64,000 bases of DNA from Octopus vulgaris. Its lineage: Eukaryota. Shown here in pieces: positions 25,901-40,000 of the stretch (the first letter of the stretch is position 1; every line of letters starts with the position of its first letter). Below the pieces are notes generated by a model. The model made no database searches. It was given only the letters and a program-made list of their open reading frames with translations, and had not been told where the DNA came from. Made by a program: the position numbers and the translations under genes. Location of the stretch: assembly GCA_951406725.2 (NCBI GenBank), contig OX597816.1, positions 100,812,001 to 100,876,000 of the forward strand. The letters are read 5' to 3'.

Positions 25901-28019
25901 TCAGCATTTGAAGAGTTTGTGAGGGTCCTAGTTGCATCTTGTTCTTGTTTTGGAAAGTGAGGCATTATAATACTTTGTGATTGTGTCTTTTTATTATTAA
26001 TAGAAACAAAATTGGTATAACTCCATTGGAAGATATTTGTAAGGTCTCTATCCATGGAGTCATTGCAGATTTGGTTTGAGGTGTCTAGCTTGTCTGTAGA
26101 CACTTGGGTGCTGAAGGTTAGAAGGAATGTAAAAAGGTATCATCTATGTAGGGGTGAGTTGTGCTTGGAGTGATAGCATGTAAGTCAGTGATGTGTATGA
26201 GTATGACAAACTCAAATCCTAGAGTACTCTAGAATTCATAGAATAAGGGTCAAAAACATCTCCATCAGCACATGTTTTGAGAACAATCTATGAATCCAAA
26301 AGACAAGAAATAGATGAAGTCCTTAAGCGACCAGTTTTATTAAGAGACTCACCTGGCAGATATGCTCAAAAGTTTTGCTAATGGGGAAAGCAACAACACT
26401 ACTTTCACCAAATTTCTCGAGCCACTGATGAGGGATATGAGAGAGTTATGTCTTGAGTAGATCCATATGGATGAACATTAAGGAGAGAAATTGAAGGTGT
26501 TGGAGAAGACTATTGTTGATGGCTGCTTCCATCATTTTTGAAACCTTGTAAGTGAGCAATAGGACAATAGTCTGCAAAGTCACAAAAATTGTCCTTCTTG
26601 AGAATGTAATGCACTGTCATGTTTTATACATGAGCATATTGCTGGAGAAAGAGAGAAACTGAATATTGTGGTAAGGTTACAAGCTCTTGGCACATTGTCT
26701 GAGAGTAATAGGAAATACATTATCAGGAGAGATGACCTTGTTGGCTTGATGCAAGTGGAGGTACTTTCAAAATTGGTATCTATGTATGTGTGTGTGTGTG
26801 TGTGTGTATGATGAAATCATTTTTGAGGGAAAAGAGATATTTTGAAGGAGATTTACCTGATGTATGCAGTATGTATTTGTATGTAAAGTGACATTGTCTG
26901 TAGGAATACTGCTCACACAACCATCATGGGTGAATAGTGCTGGAAGGGGAAATTCTGCAAAGTTATTAATGATTCATGTAGCATGGGATCAAAAGGATGA
27001 GCACAGTAGGAAGCATCCATCATGGTTTTTGTGAATTTGATACACAATTACGTATTTCTGAGGAACAGAAATGTGGTAGCAATAAAATTCAGAGAGGAGG
27101 CTGTATGTCTACAGGCAAGAAACTGTAGTGTTTGGTGCACTTCTTTTGCTAGTCAGTATGCTTTTGAATGCAGTCTAGAATATTTGTGGATTCCTAGATA
27201 CTTTATTTTATACCAAAATATATAGAAAAATTGCATTTAAGATTTTAAGCATTTTAAACAACACTCTGTAGCTAATAGATTTCACACTTCCTTCAAGTTC
27301 ACTTAAAATATTTTATTGCAAATGCAACTGATCTTACATGGTTTACCAAGAAAAAATGGAAATACATTTTACAGTATATACAAAAAAACATACAAATTAT
27401 CTGTTTTTAATACATGCACCAAGAAAGATAAGTTTCTGGAATAGTTGAATTTGATATGTATGTTAGTTTTTAGCATTTATTTCTCATGATTTCTGGTGAA
27501 ATTGGTTATACCACGATACAGTTGTTCTAATTTTATTAATTTTCTTCAGAATACTGAGCAGGTGACTGCAATGTGCCGTCTTCCTAATGAACCTTACCAG
27601 TTTGGAGAAACTCCTTCCAGACCCTTATCTGAAGCACAGAAGTTAAGGAAGGTCATCATGGAACTTCTGGAAACAGAGCGTGCCTATGTGAAGGTAATAT
27701 TAATATATTTTGAAATAGTTGAATTTGTAACTTGGAATGCCTCATCTATAATCAATTAAAGCAAAATAAATATAAGTGCTTCTTTTAAGAAAATTGCATA
27801 AGGCTTTTGATTATAACTTCTAATTCAATCATTGCTATTATCTTGATTACAAATAAATGGTTGACTATGTCTTCAGAATAACTTGTAAAAATAGTAAGTG
27901 TAATGCATTTAAATTGGCAAACCTCAGTTAACAGAACTGGAATTAATCATGTTCAGCTACAACGATGCTGAATTTGAAATATAAGGTTTCATAATAGCCA
28001 CAGCTAAAAAGTACTCATC

Positions 28020-28053
<34 letters not shown>

Positions 28054-31000
28054 TTAATGCTCATCTTCTATGCATGCATTGGTAGAACAGTTAACATGAG
28101 CTGGACAAGTAGATGACTACCCCAGACTACTGAGTCTGTTTTGGCAAGATTTTTATGGCTGGATGCCTTTCCTAATACTGACCACTCTGCACAGTAGACT
28201 CAGTGCTTTTTATATGGCACTATCACAGGCAAGATTAGTTTTGGCATCATTTTTACAGCTGGATGCCCTTCCAAATGCCAACCACTTTACAGTGTGGATT
28301 GGATGCTTTTTACATGGCACCAGCCCTGACAGAGTCATCAAGTAACTTGTAAGACAAGGAATTTTGAGAAGGGCAGGAACATTTGAGGATGGAACTTGTG
28401 CCAGAAGATGAAAGGTTAGAGTGTGATAGAGAGACAGAAATAGGTATCTTGCTATAACAGTGGGGGTGATCTGGTGTCAGATGATGAATGGTTAAAGCAT
28501 GACAGAGAAATAGAAAGGCAGAAACAAGTGTCTTGCTATAGAGGAGGTATATGGTTATCCAGCAAGAAAGAGAAAGTTGTGTTAGTGAGATATTGTCACA
28601 AATGCAACAGATGCACCTCAGTTTTTCTAACAAATAGTTTAATTGTAAAGTATCATCATAAATTAAATCTTAGAAACAGTTTTTGATTTATACCTCAATT
28701 AAATTGTTTCTTGTGGGAAATGATTTGAGAAGACATGTTAAATTTATTTGACTTCTAACTGAAAAACTGATTTCATATCTGCTGATCAATTATTCACCAA
28801 CCACTCACATGTGACTTTGGTCTAAAGTGGAGTTTTTTTTTTAATAATTTGTTATGTGCATGATAGTAAAAAAAATGTTAAGTTAATTCCAAATGTAAAT
28901 TATTGCTTATAAAAACACTATTTCCTTTCATTTTATTGTATACCACTTATATCATATCTGTACAGGACCTCAATGTGTTGATTGAGCGATATTTAAATCC
29001 TCTGAAGGCAGAGACACTCTTGACATCGGATGAGATAATGCAGTTGTTTGGTAATATCCAGGAGATTGTTCAATTTCAGGAACAATTTCTGCAAAGTTTA
29101 GAAGAAGCCATAGAGCTAGGGGGTGACTTCTTCACCCTTGATGACCCAAAGAAATTTCGGGTAAGTGAACCTTAAAACTAAAACCAAATGTGTTGTCATT
29201 TTCAGTAATGTTTTTGTTTGGTTTTCAAAAATACATTATTGTTTATTGCAACCAAGAACAGCAATTTATTAAACTTACCTTTCAGAATTATTGTTTCTGC
29301 AGTACACCATTTGCTTTTTGCTACCATTTATCTTTCAGCCTAATAACATTTTTCAACAATTCATCAGTCTGCTAGTAATATGTGAGATACAATAGCCAAC
29401 ATGGGCATTTACTGTTGAACTTAACTAAAAATTACACAATATTATGAAATTAATTTTTTTTTTTAGTGGGATGTTGTTTAGACAAATTAACCCTCTAAAA
29501 TTTGATACCTCACACAAACATTATCATGCTTCAAAAAATACTCATTAAATACATTGGGATTTAAGGATCATTGGTATCAACAATATAATGAATATTCTTT
29601 ATTTTATACTTTATCATAAGTAGGTTTATGTTTCCTTTCTAAATTTTAGCATTAGATCTTATGAGCCTGTCGTTTTCTTTTGTTCCTCATATTTGATAGC
29701 TTTTTCAAGGTTAAATTTTAGTATATCCAGACCAGTGTTTCTCTTTTATTCTGAGAAAAAATAGGAATGGAACCATAACTTTATGCTTAATAGAAAAGGA
29801 AAACAGATTCATTAACTATTTCCTATCAGAGTATCATATCACTAATCTATTTTATATATAAAAGATGTATTTAAAAAAGGGTACAAAACCATACTATCTA
29901 TTATTCATCATTGACTGAAAAATATTTTAAAGAAATTAAACATTTACTATCGGTCTTAAAAAGAAAGGTAATTTAATTGGAGACAATATGGAATTGTCTG
30001 CCTTAAAACATTTTATCTACATGAACTCCAGCTATGCCTACTAAATTGTTGCTATTTGTTTTACTCCAAAACTTATATTAGTCATGGAGTATCTTTATGA
30101 TGACTTATACTATCTAAAAAGTGCTGAGAGATCTCTGTATGATTTCATATTTGTATAGTAATTCTTTGTGTAAAATAAGGAGTCGCTTCTACTCTGCCTA
30201 TACACCAATACTTCTATATCTTATGACAAAGACACAGTACAAAACCGTGGGAGCAAGGAACTATTTACTTCAACACTACTATGTATATATAATACGATTA
30301 AATTTTGAATCTTTCAAAATGCTGCATTGCAAAAGACTATTGTAAATAATAACAAGATGTCTTTCTCTTAATCTGTCAAGTAGGAAATGATTGGTTAGTA
30401 TTTAAATGAAAATTGCTTTCATTTTTCATTTCACTATTTTCTTTCATTTCTTACCAATTCCTTAAAATCTTCACAAAAATGGATGCATGATATTGTTTGA
30501 AAAAATATTTGTTTTCATTCATTTTGATATTGTAATATAAAAGAAAGTCCACTCCTCCAGCTTACTGGCTGCTTTATAAATAAAATGTGTGAAAAGACTT
30601 TATAGGTTGTTGCAGGATTCTCTTTCACTAGCTGTGAATAATTCAACAATGAGTAAAAGTTAATTATTGTTTAAGAACAAAGTGTTTTCTCATTATTACC
30701 TCCACACTTTCTAGATCCATATACAGCTAAAAACCTGCAGAGTTATTCAAGTATTGCTGACATTTGCCACAGTTCACCACACACATACAGAACTGGAGAG
30801 AGCAATATTATTTCAGTAAAATATACTACACAGCATACTCAGAATGACAATAAATGTTAGCCTTTGAGCAGTGAAATCAGTGAGGCATAGCTACCTCTAC
30901 CTCATGCTGTCCACTGTTGTAATGAACTACTATTTGCCATTGGTATAAGCTATTTAAATAAATAATTAATTCTGGGATAGTCATTTTTATGAGGTTCCAT

Positions 31001-34000
31001 ATTTTTATGAATTTGTATATATGCTATGGACTAATTAAACTATCATCTTTATTATTGCCATCATCTCAATTTTTAAGAGTTTAGAATAGTATTAACATTT
31101 GGTTTATAGCAAAGTACAGTAGACTCATATTTTCAAAACTATACAAAATATATAATAAAATATTTTTCAAAATATATAGCAATTAGAGTGAAATGGTTAA
31201 AATTAGTTTATTGTGCAAATTTGTGTTTTTAAAATATCTCATATGATTTCTGTACCAGATTGGATTCTCACTGAAAAGATCTTTTGAAATATGAACAGTT
31301 CACCTATCACATAGGAAAGTTCTAACTGAACAATTCGCTAATATTAAGTTTTGCCCATGTTGACTTAATGAAATGAAAGATAAAGCCATTTTCACTTTTA
31401 CTCATTTGCTTTTTATTTATATTCTGGGTTGATTTTGTCTGCATTTCCCCTCATTCTTAATTTTACCTCATTGATCAAATTGTTTTTATTTTCGAAAAGA
31501 TAAAACTGTTTTACATTGTTCATTCATTATTTTCTTTCTGCTGTGTGTTTGTCCTACTAGGATGAAGAACTCAGGGTATGTACTAACATTATTAACTGTT
31601 GCATAAAAACAGTGACATTCGCATGGATTTTACTCTTTGTTTATCATTTTAATCTTTACCTCACTTATTAACCTCATGTGAAACCCATCGTTGACAGTTT
31701 ATTTTTCTCTGCTTGTTTGCGGCTACATTTTAAGAACTGTCTTTCTAGCAATGTACTGCGCTGAGATTGTTTTTACTGCTGTGACTACTGTTGTGGCTGC
31801 CATGTTTAGTGTACTTTTAACATATAACATCAACAATTAGAGCATTTCTTACTTGAAGTTTCATCTATATTAAGTACTTATAAAGAAATACTACCTTTTA
31901 TCTCCTCTCACTTCTCTGGCTGTACTTTTCTTATATAAAATAGATTTCTTTCATTCAAAATGCTTTGTATTCATTAGAAATATGTTTGTGTGTCTTTTTT
32001 TTTTACTTTAAAAAGTAATAGAATAGTTGTCTCTTTTTTTTCTTCATTTCATCATTGTGATGTCTAAGCATTTTTGATTTAGTTTTTTTTTTTTTTCTAA
32101 TAAGAATAACTTTAAGATTTTGCCATTAAAGTAAGTTTTTATTTATAATTTTTGCCAAATTAATGCTAAATGTTTAATATTTATAGGTGCCCTGTTTATT
32201 CAATACTTAATCTAGTGACTTCTTGTTTAAAAGTTACTGAAATTATTATCAGAAGATAAAGTTGCTTTTATACTGACCTCTTAAGGAATACACATTTTTA
32301 TTTAGATATATTTCAAATACAATTTAATGTTCAATACAATTATTGTCAAGATTTAGCCCCAATAACATAGATTTAACAAGGTGTTAATCAGAAGAATTAG
32401 ATTCAGTATTCCTCTGATATAATATTAAAAATCATATGCATCTTCAGTGATAGTGACTAGGGTTCTTATTTTTTTATGATTTTTTTGAAATCATAATAAA
32501 TTTACATTATTAGCTATTAAACTGATAAGAAAAATAACTTTTACATTGAAAAATGTCATTATGAATAGCTGATTTCTGCTGGAAATGTTTGCTATATGCT
32601 AATATGTTATAGTATCAAACTACTAAATTTCTAACAAATGTAGATAATAATTTGACAAGCATGAAAGTTTGATAGAATTTACATTTAGTAAATTTCAGCT
32701 TTATTACTCCATAAAAATTAAACTTTTCTTTAAATGTTGTCTTTTAGTTAATTCATATTTAACATGGCAAAATTTATCTGCAAAGATTGACATTAACTAA
32801 AATGTAGGTGCTACTACACAACTATTTGGTTATTAAAAATATTAATGTTGTATAAGATACATAGGTTATTTTTTCTTTCATCATTTCATTTAATATCATA
32901 CATATTCTTTATAAGATTATTAAGATGTGTCATTACATTGTCTAATGCAGTATTTAGAATTTAAGAGGACTGTGAAAAGGCTATACATAATTTCCATTAA
33001 AATTTTTTTAGAAAATTCAATCTACAAAATCTGTATAAAAACTCTAATCTACTAACAAACTAACAATTAGAAACTATCGAGCAGTTCTTAGTATAAGCAT
33101 AGAAAAAAGTTGTATAAATTATTGGTTAGAAAATGTTGGTATTAGATTGTTACCTGAAGCTGTTTCAGACAGTCACTAAAGAAATCATTTTAAAATCTTT
33201 ATCATCATCATTCATAATTGGTATGATTATTATTTCAGAGAATTAAGTAAATCAAATAATAGAATCCTTACATTTATATTATGTATAGCTGAGTGCTAAC
33301 ATAGAACTGTACCTTGGACATGAAATTTAACTACCTAGCAAAATGGATATAAGACCAAAATATGTCCATTGCTTTCCCTAGTTGGCTTCAATGACTAGAT
33401 TCACTCCAATTTATCCTATATTGTTCAAAACGTTTGATCAATTGATATTATTGGAGTTATTTCCCATGCAATCGTTTTAGATTTTAAATTCACTTTAAAG
33501 GAGTTTTAATCTCAGTTTTTCGACCCACTATATTGGTTCTTGAGTATGTTACAGTTAAAATCTTAGAAGTCCTTTATTTGGATTTTATGTAGAATGTATT
33601 CAATTCAATAATTTTAGTTAGAATGTACTCATTTAATTCACTTCCACTTAAAGAAATGCATTGTTGCCACAATATCCCACTTCACCTATCATATCATTAT
33701 AATTATCTCTATCATTATTCATATCATGATTTACTTCTGATTTTCAATCTTCACTAGTGTCATTTGCTGAATTTTTATAGCTAAAATCATTTTCTAAAGA
33801 GGTTTCAGATAACTCTTACCTTCATATAATAGTTAAGTACATATTCAGCTACAGGTAACCACTACAGATTTCATTAAAAAATTAAGTTTCAAGGTAATAT
33901 GCTTTATTAAGGGACCAAATACAATTTTACTGATAATGAAAATATGAAACCATTAATGTTAGCAAAATATTCTTCAAAATAAAGTTTGGTTTGCATTTAA

Positions 34001-37000
34001 TCCTTATCTCAGTTATGATGATAAAATTCAGACTGATATAAACAAACTAAATCATCATGTATCTTCTTCTCTCCAAATCTGCATCACCTTATTTAAAGTG
34101 CAATATGTTTAAAATATGACCTCCTTTCATATTTAAATATGTGCTACTCTCCAAAAATCATTTATGTGTTATGAAAAAAAAATTATTTTGATGTTGAATC
34201 ATAAGGCCAGCTCAATGGATTCCAAATATAAATACTTACACACTCATATACAAACAGTGAAAATCCTTCATATAATTTAAGTATTCTAGAGATCAGGAAA
34301 TGTACAAAGTTAAATTTATCTTGATAGAATCAAAATCCAAAACAAGTGACTCCCAAGCTTAAGTCAGCAAACCTATCTTAATTCTAAACTATATGTAAAA
34401 ACTAACATATGTCTGTAAATATAAATCATAGGTATAATGTTAGAAAGTTGATTTAAAAGTAATGTCTATAATAATAGTGCTTAAGCATTATTGACAACCA
34501 AAAGATTCTTTGAGTGTTAAAGATTAGTCATATTCTCTCTTTGCAATGACTGTTTATGAATTTTTAAAAGAAATTAGGTAAATATGATTTTAGAAGTTCA
34601 GATATTTAATAGATTTACTTCAGTTTAGCAGCTAGACTCTGGTTCAGCATTTAATCATAATTGATATATTTAAAAAAGAAGCTAACACTAAATTTGAAGC
34701 AACTTTTAATGGTTAACTGGATGTCTATAACATTATTATTATGAATACATAGTGTTATAGTCTATCCTTGCTATACTGAAATAATTCTGTCTTCAGTATT
34801 TGAGTCTTATAATCTGTTTCGAAGTATCATTAATTCTTTTTTCATTAGGTTTCATCACCATCCTCATTTAATATTTGTTTTCCGTGTTGGCATGTGTTGG
34901 ATGGTTTGAGAGGAGCTGGCAAAGCTGAAAGCCATACCAGGTTTCATTGCCAATTTTGGCATGGTTTCTACAGCTGGATACCCTTCTTAATGCCAACCAC
35001 TTAACCAGTGCTTCTTATGTGGCACCAGTACCTTGCAAGATAAAAACCTCTCAACTGGGAGGGAAGTAGTAGAATTGAGGGTGTATGGCTTTGAGCCAAT
35101 TGAGAGATTTAAGGTATAGAAGGGACTGATATAAATGTCTTGTAGAGCAGATACATGGATTCCCCAGTTGGAAAACAAAGCAAAGTGAGTTAGATAGTCA
35201 GAAAGCCAGGGTATGTAGTATGTGCTTAATGAACTATAGATATCCTTTGAAACTCATTTAGTTGTCCTTTTGTTAAAAATCAGATGAACTCTAACTTTTA
35301 TCTTATGAAAATCTTAACCCTTGGATTACACAACCATTGTTCTGACAATATACCGAAATAAGAAGTTGGATGAATACATACATATATATAAACACATCAT
35401 CATAAAAAAATTTCAATCATCATCAGAAATAAGAAATATGAAATGATACAAGATAACTATCTCATTCATTCATTCTTTTATCACCATTTAAAATCCATTT
35501 TTGCATGGTTTAGACAAAATTTCTTGAAACAGATTTTTCTACAGCTGAATGACCTTCCTGTCACCACCCCTCACCAGTTCAGACTGGAATGAACACTCCC
35601 ATTAGTATGACAGTGGGGCTCATTTACAACTATCACACGGTATCTAGTCATAGGTACAAGCAAAACACACACGCACATATATATGACAGGCTTCTTTCAG
35701 TTTCTGATTACCAAATCAGCTCTCAAGGCTTTGGTCAGAATGGGGCTATAATAGAAAACACTTGCCTAAAGTGCAATACAGTGGTACTGAACCTAAGATC
35801 ACATGGTCGAGAAGCAAGCCTAAATCACATCCATATTTAATTCAATGAAAAAAAAAAAGAAAAGAACTTATCATCATTGTACTAAATATGAATATGCTAA
35901 ACAAATCAGTAATCAAATATCTAGCCTTTCATTGTGAGAATAATTTCTAAACATATGTTATTTTATCCTTTATATCAAAGCTAATGTTAGTTTTGTATAA
36001 AATTGGTTTCAAATTTTGGCACAAGGCCAGTAATTTCGGGGTAGGAGTAAGCCAAGCATATCAACCTCAGTGCTCAACTGGAACCTATTTAATCAACCTT
36101 GAAGGGATGAAAGGGAAAGCTGACCTCTGCAGAATTTGAGCTCAGAATGTAAATACAGATGAAATACTGCTAATCATTTTGCCCAGCATGCTAATGATTC
36201 TGCCAGCTCACCACCTTAGTTTTGCAAAATTTTACAAAATATTTTTTATTGAGTTGCAAATAAAAGGCAATAAAATACAGAAAATTTTGATTGTTAGTAT
36301 TTCTACAGACTGTATTTTAATGTTTTCTCTTACCTCTTCACAAAGAAAATAACAAAGATACTTTACTTCAAATTTATGAAGATAAATTTAATAATATTGA
36401 CTCATTAGATACACATATAAAATGTTAAATAGAATGTAGTACTGGCAAGGGTAGAACAATGATTTTCCAATACTTTTGTAAAATCATGTTCTTCTATTAG
36501 ATTGTTTAATTTCTTGAATGTGGCATTGCATATTCTTGTGACTATATGCATGTATACACAAATGCTTATTTAGCTCTAAAATCAACTATCTAAAATCCAT
36601 TATACAAACATGCACTTACAGACAATAACATATAATCTCTTCAGCAGAATAGCATTTTTAAAGGAACTAAGTGTTTTTATCAGCATTTTCCATCTTAAGA
36701 AAATTGGTGGGAAGTTGTCTATTGAGTTAACAAGTAAGGTTAAAAACTATTTTAACAGAGAAACTCGAATGTAAGAACATAGGACTTAAATTCTGCAATA
36801 CAGTACCCCTAGATTTGTAAAGCAACAAAGAATTCATTGTTTCCAGACAAAGTGTAAAACCGGAAGAAAAGTTCTAAGTATGTATATTTATACACACCAG
36901 TGGAAATGGGCTTTAGGAACTAATGGTATACCTGAGAGGTTAAATGTGGGAATGTGGGTGTTAGATGCTCTATGAACTTATGAACTGGTAATCACTGTTC

Positions 37001-40000
37001 ACAAATGTATACACCACTGTATATCTTCACAACACTTTAAGTATATATATCTGGACATTTTTGTCTCAACAAATAAGAAATATCTTTAGAGTAATTAAGT
37101 TTGTCTTTTTCTTTTAGTTTTTTTTTTTTTTTTTTGTGGTTGTTTTCATGTTCTTCTACCTCCCCATTGCCATCAATAATGATTCTGCCTTTCTTTTTGC
37201 ACACAGCACCATTTTACTCACTGGGCTTCATAATTTAGGTTATACAAGTCACATGCTTCGCAAAAGTTCACTTTACACTCAAACCTTTGTTAAATCAAGA
37301 TTCACTTTTCCAAAAAGTGTTTTTCACCTATTTTTCACCTCCACACTTAAGATGAAAGATCAATCTTCTAAATTTAATTCATTTATCATTATCATTATAC
37401 TCATTATTGTCTTGTATTGAAATAGTTGATAAAATGCATTATCTATTCTTATTATAATTGTATATCTAATACTCTCTAATACTTTGAATTTAGAGGGAAA
37501 TTTTCCCTCATTTATGATAATTGCAATGCTGCTCTTTGAGGAGGCTTTGAATTCTGTATAAGATTTACAGTAGTGACATTTGTTCAATATTGCAAAGAAA
37601 TACATTTAACTCCATTGTACTAATTTAGGCTATACAAAAAAAAAAAACATAAATGCATGACTAAACATACTATCTGGTGATATTTCAAACTTGGTAGCAA
37701 CTAGAATATGCTTGCAATTCTTTGTTGAAAATATAGAAATAAGCTTCTAAAAAGTTTTATGTTAAATTAGCTAGTAATACTGACAAATATGAAATTTTCA
37801 TTGAAATGTCCCTATATATTATAATTGTGTGTGTATATATATGCACTACATGTATGTGTGTCTGTCAGTGTGTATGTATGTACAATTAGTTCATGCAACA
37901 GTGTCTATGTTTGAGATACTCTCTGTTCAAAATGCATATAATTTGAAACTATCTTAAGATAATTTCAACAAAATACATTGTAAATAAGTAATTTTATTTA
38001 GTAATTTTTATGTTATTGTCTGTTAAATTGAAAATGATATGGAATAAACTGAAGTAAAATAATCCAAGATTGCAAATATAAAGAACAATTGTTAAGTTTA
38101 ACTTATTTCTAAATTTCCTGAACATTGTAACTTACTATATTTTTTTCACAATCTGATAAGGCCTATATGTGTTATGTAGTGTGTCTATGACACACTCTTA
38201 AATTTAAGTTCATTAAATTTCACTAAAATGTTGAAGACATATTTGAAAAAAAAATGAAAACCATTTAAAATGCTTTTAATTTATTGATTAATGCTTAGAT
38301 GGCATTCTAGGAAAGCTGAAGAGAGATATTGAATAGGTCTTTATGGTCAGTCAAATATTTGGACAGGAACAATTTGATTAACTATTGAAAATGTACATCA
38401 GTACTAAAGTGACTCATTAAATTTGATGGTGGAGGGAAGTCCATCCTTATTTACTGACTTACCAACAGACTAATTACCTCAAACATCTAAAGTAAAAGTT
38501 GTTCAGAAAAATATTGTCTATTGATATTCAATATTGCTGAAATAATTTGTATTTATAAAGGACAGTATCAAAAAGGAAATTTTAAACATTTCTTTCTCAT
38601 AGCTATCAGATATTCAGATATTTCATGGCTCAGTCCTTCTTTCTCTTGTTGTCTTGCTAACTGTTATTCTTGTAGTTTCAAAACAACATACTGAAAAGAG
38701 GAATATAGTTAGTAAAAGAACATCCTCTATTCTAAGAACATTCTATTTGAAACATGAGACATTTCTGTCCTTGGCTCTAAGAATTCAAAACTTGCCTTTG
38801 ATATTTTTTCACATCATAGGATAATTTTTGAAAGGTTGTCAATTTGCAGTTAGTCAATTGTGTCACTGGAAAAATGAAGGCAATGCAACAAAAGCTATTT
38901 GATTAGCAGAAAAGAACTGATGTCAAAGTTTTCATTAATCATGATCTATTATCGCTCTGTTACAGTGACTATATTAAAAATCTTAGGATTGTTTACACTT
39001 TAGCTAACTTTTAAAAGCTTTAGAAGAGATAAGTCTTTACGACCCATTACTCATGTTATGCCTTGAAAGAGAAGAAATTTCAATTCTCATTTCTTTTGAA
39101 TGTTGGTCAATTGATAGATTTATCATCATCATCATCATAATTTTTATCATCATTTTAGTCACCACGCTGGAATGGTTTGAATAAGTTTTCTGAGATAGTA
39201 TTCAATGATTGGAAATCTTTCCTGTCGCCAACCATTTTAGTTGCTTCTTACAACAATAGGACCCACGTGTCTTTTCTAAAACTATGGTATACATAGTAAG
39301 TTACTTAGTAAACTATATAACATTTTCACTTAAAAGTGTAACCCATAGAATGTATCTGCCTTGATGTCAAAGTGTCTATAAGTTGTGTACTGAGTGAACA
39401 TTTTCATTTGATTTCCTCTGTCATTATCCCTATCACCAGTTGTTATTTTAATTGAATATACATTTTTTCTATGAGTCATTAAAATATTATCTGTGTTATT
39501 AACAGGAACAATATTTATGCACCATTTTGTACACAAAATCACACTTGCACAATCTAAATAAGTAATTACACACAAACATTACTTTACAAAAAACATATAT
39601 GTATGTTATTCATGTATACATCTGTATCGTGTAGGTTGTTTGTCATCTCATGTATATAAAACATAGCCAACCAAAGGCCTGAATAATTAGAAAGAACAAA
39701 GAAATTTTCAAATATATTGCTTTTGTTTTCTATTACAGCGTGTTCTGTTTTCTCTGGGTGGCTCTTTTCTGTATTATGCCAACCATTTCAAGGTGTACAG
39801 TTCCTTCTGTGCTAGTCATTCAAGGTCGCAAAAGATCCTCAACCCAGGTAAGTGATAGATATTGTGAGATTATTTGAAAGATTACTCCACTTCAACACAT
39901 GTATACTCTTTACCATATACTCATAACACACTTTTATATGATTATATATATGACATACATGTACTGCTTTAAATCTACTTAAAGCTCACTATACATATAT

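Noticed and set aside
26420-26445. Other CTGATGA words (3751, 26425, 42104, 51023) as hammerhead cores
   Set aside because: No correctly placed GAAA-stem III-UH and closing stems were found.
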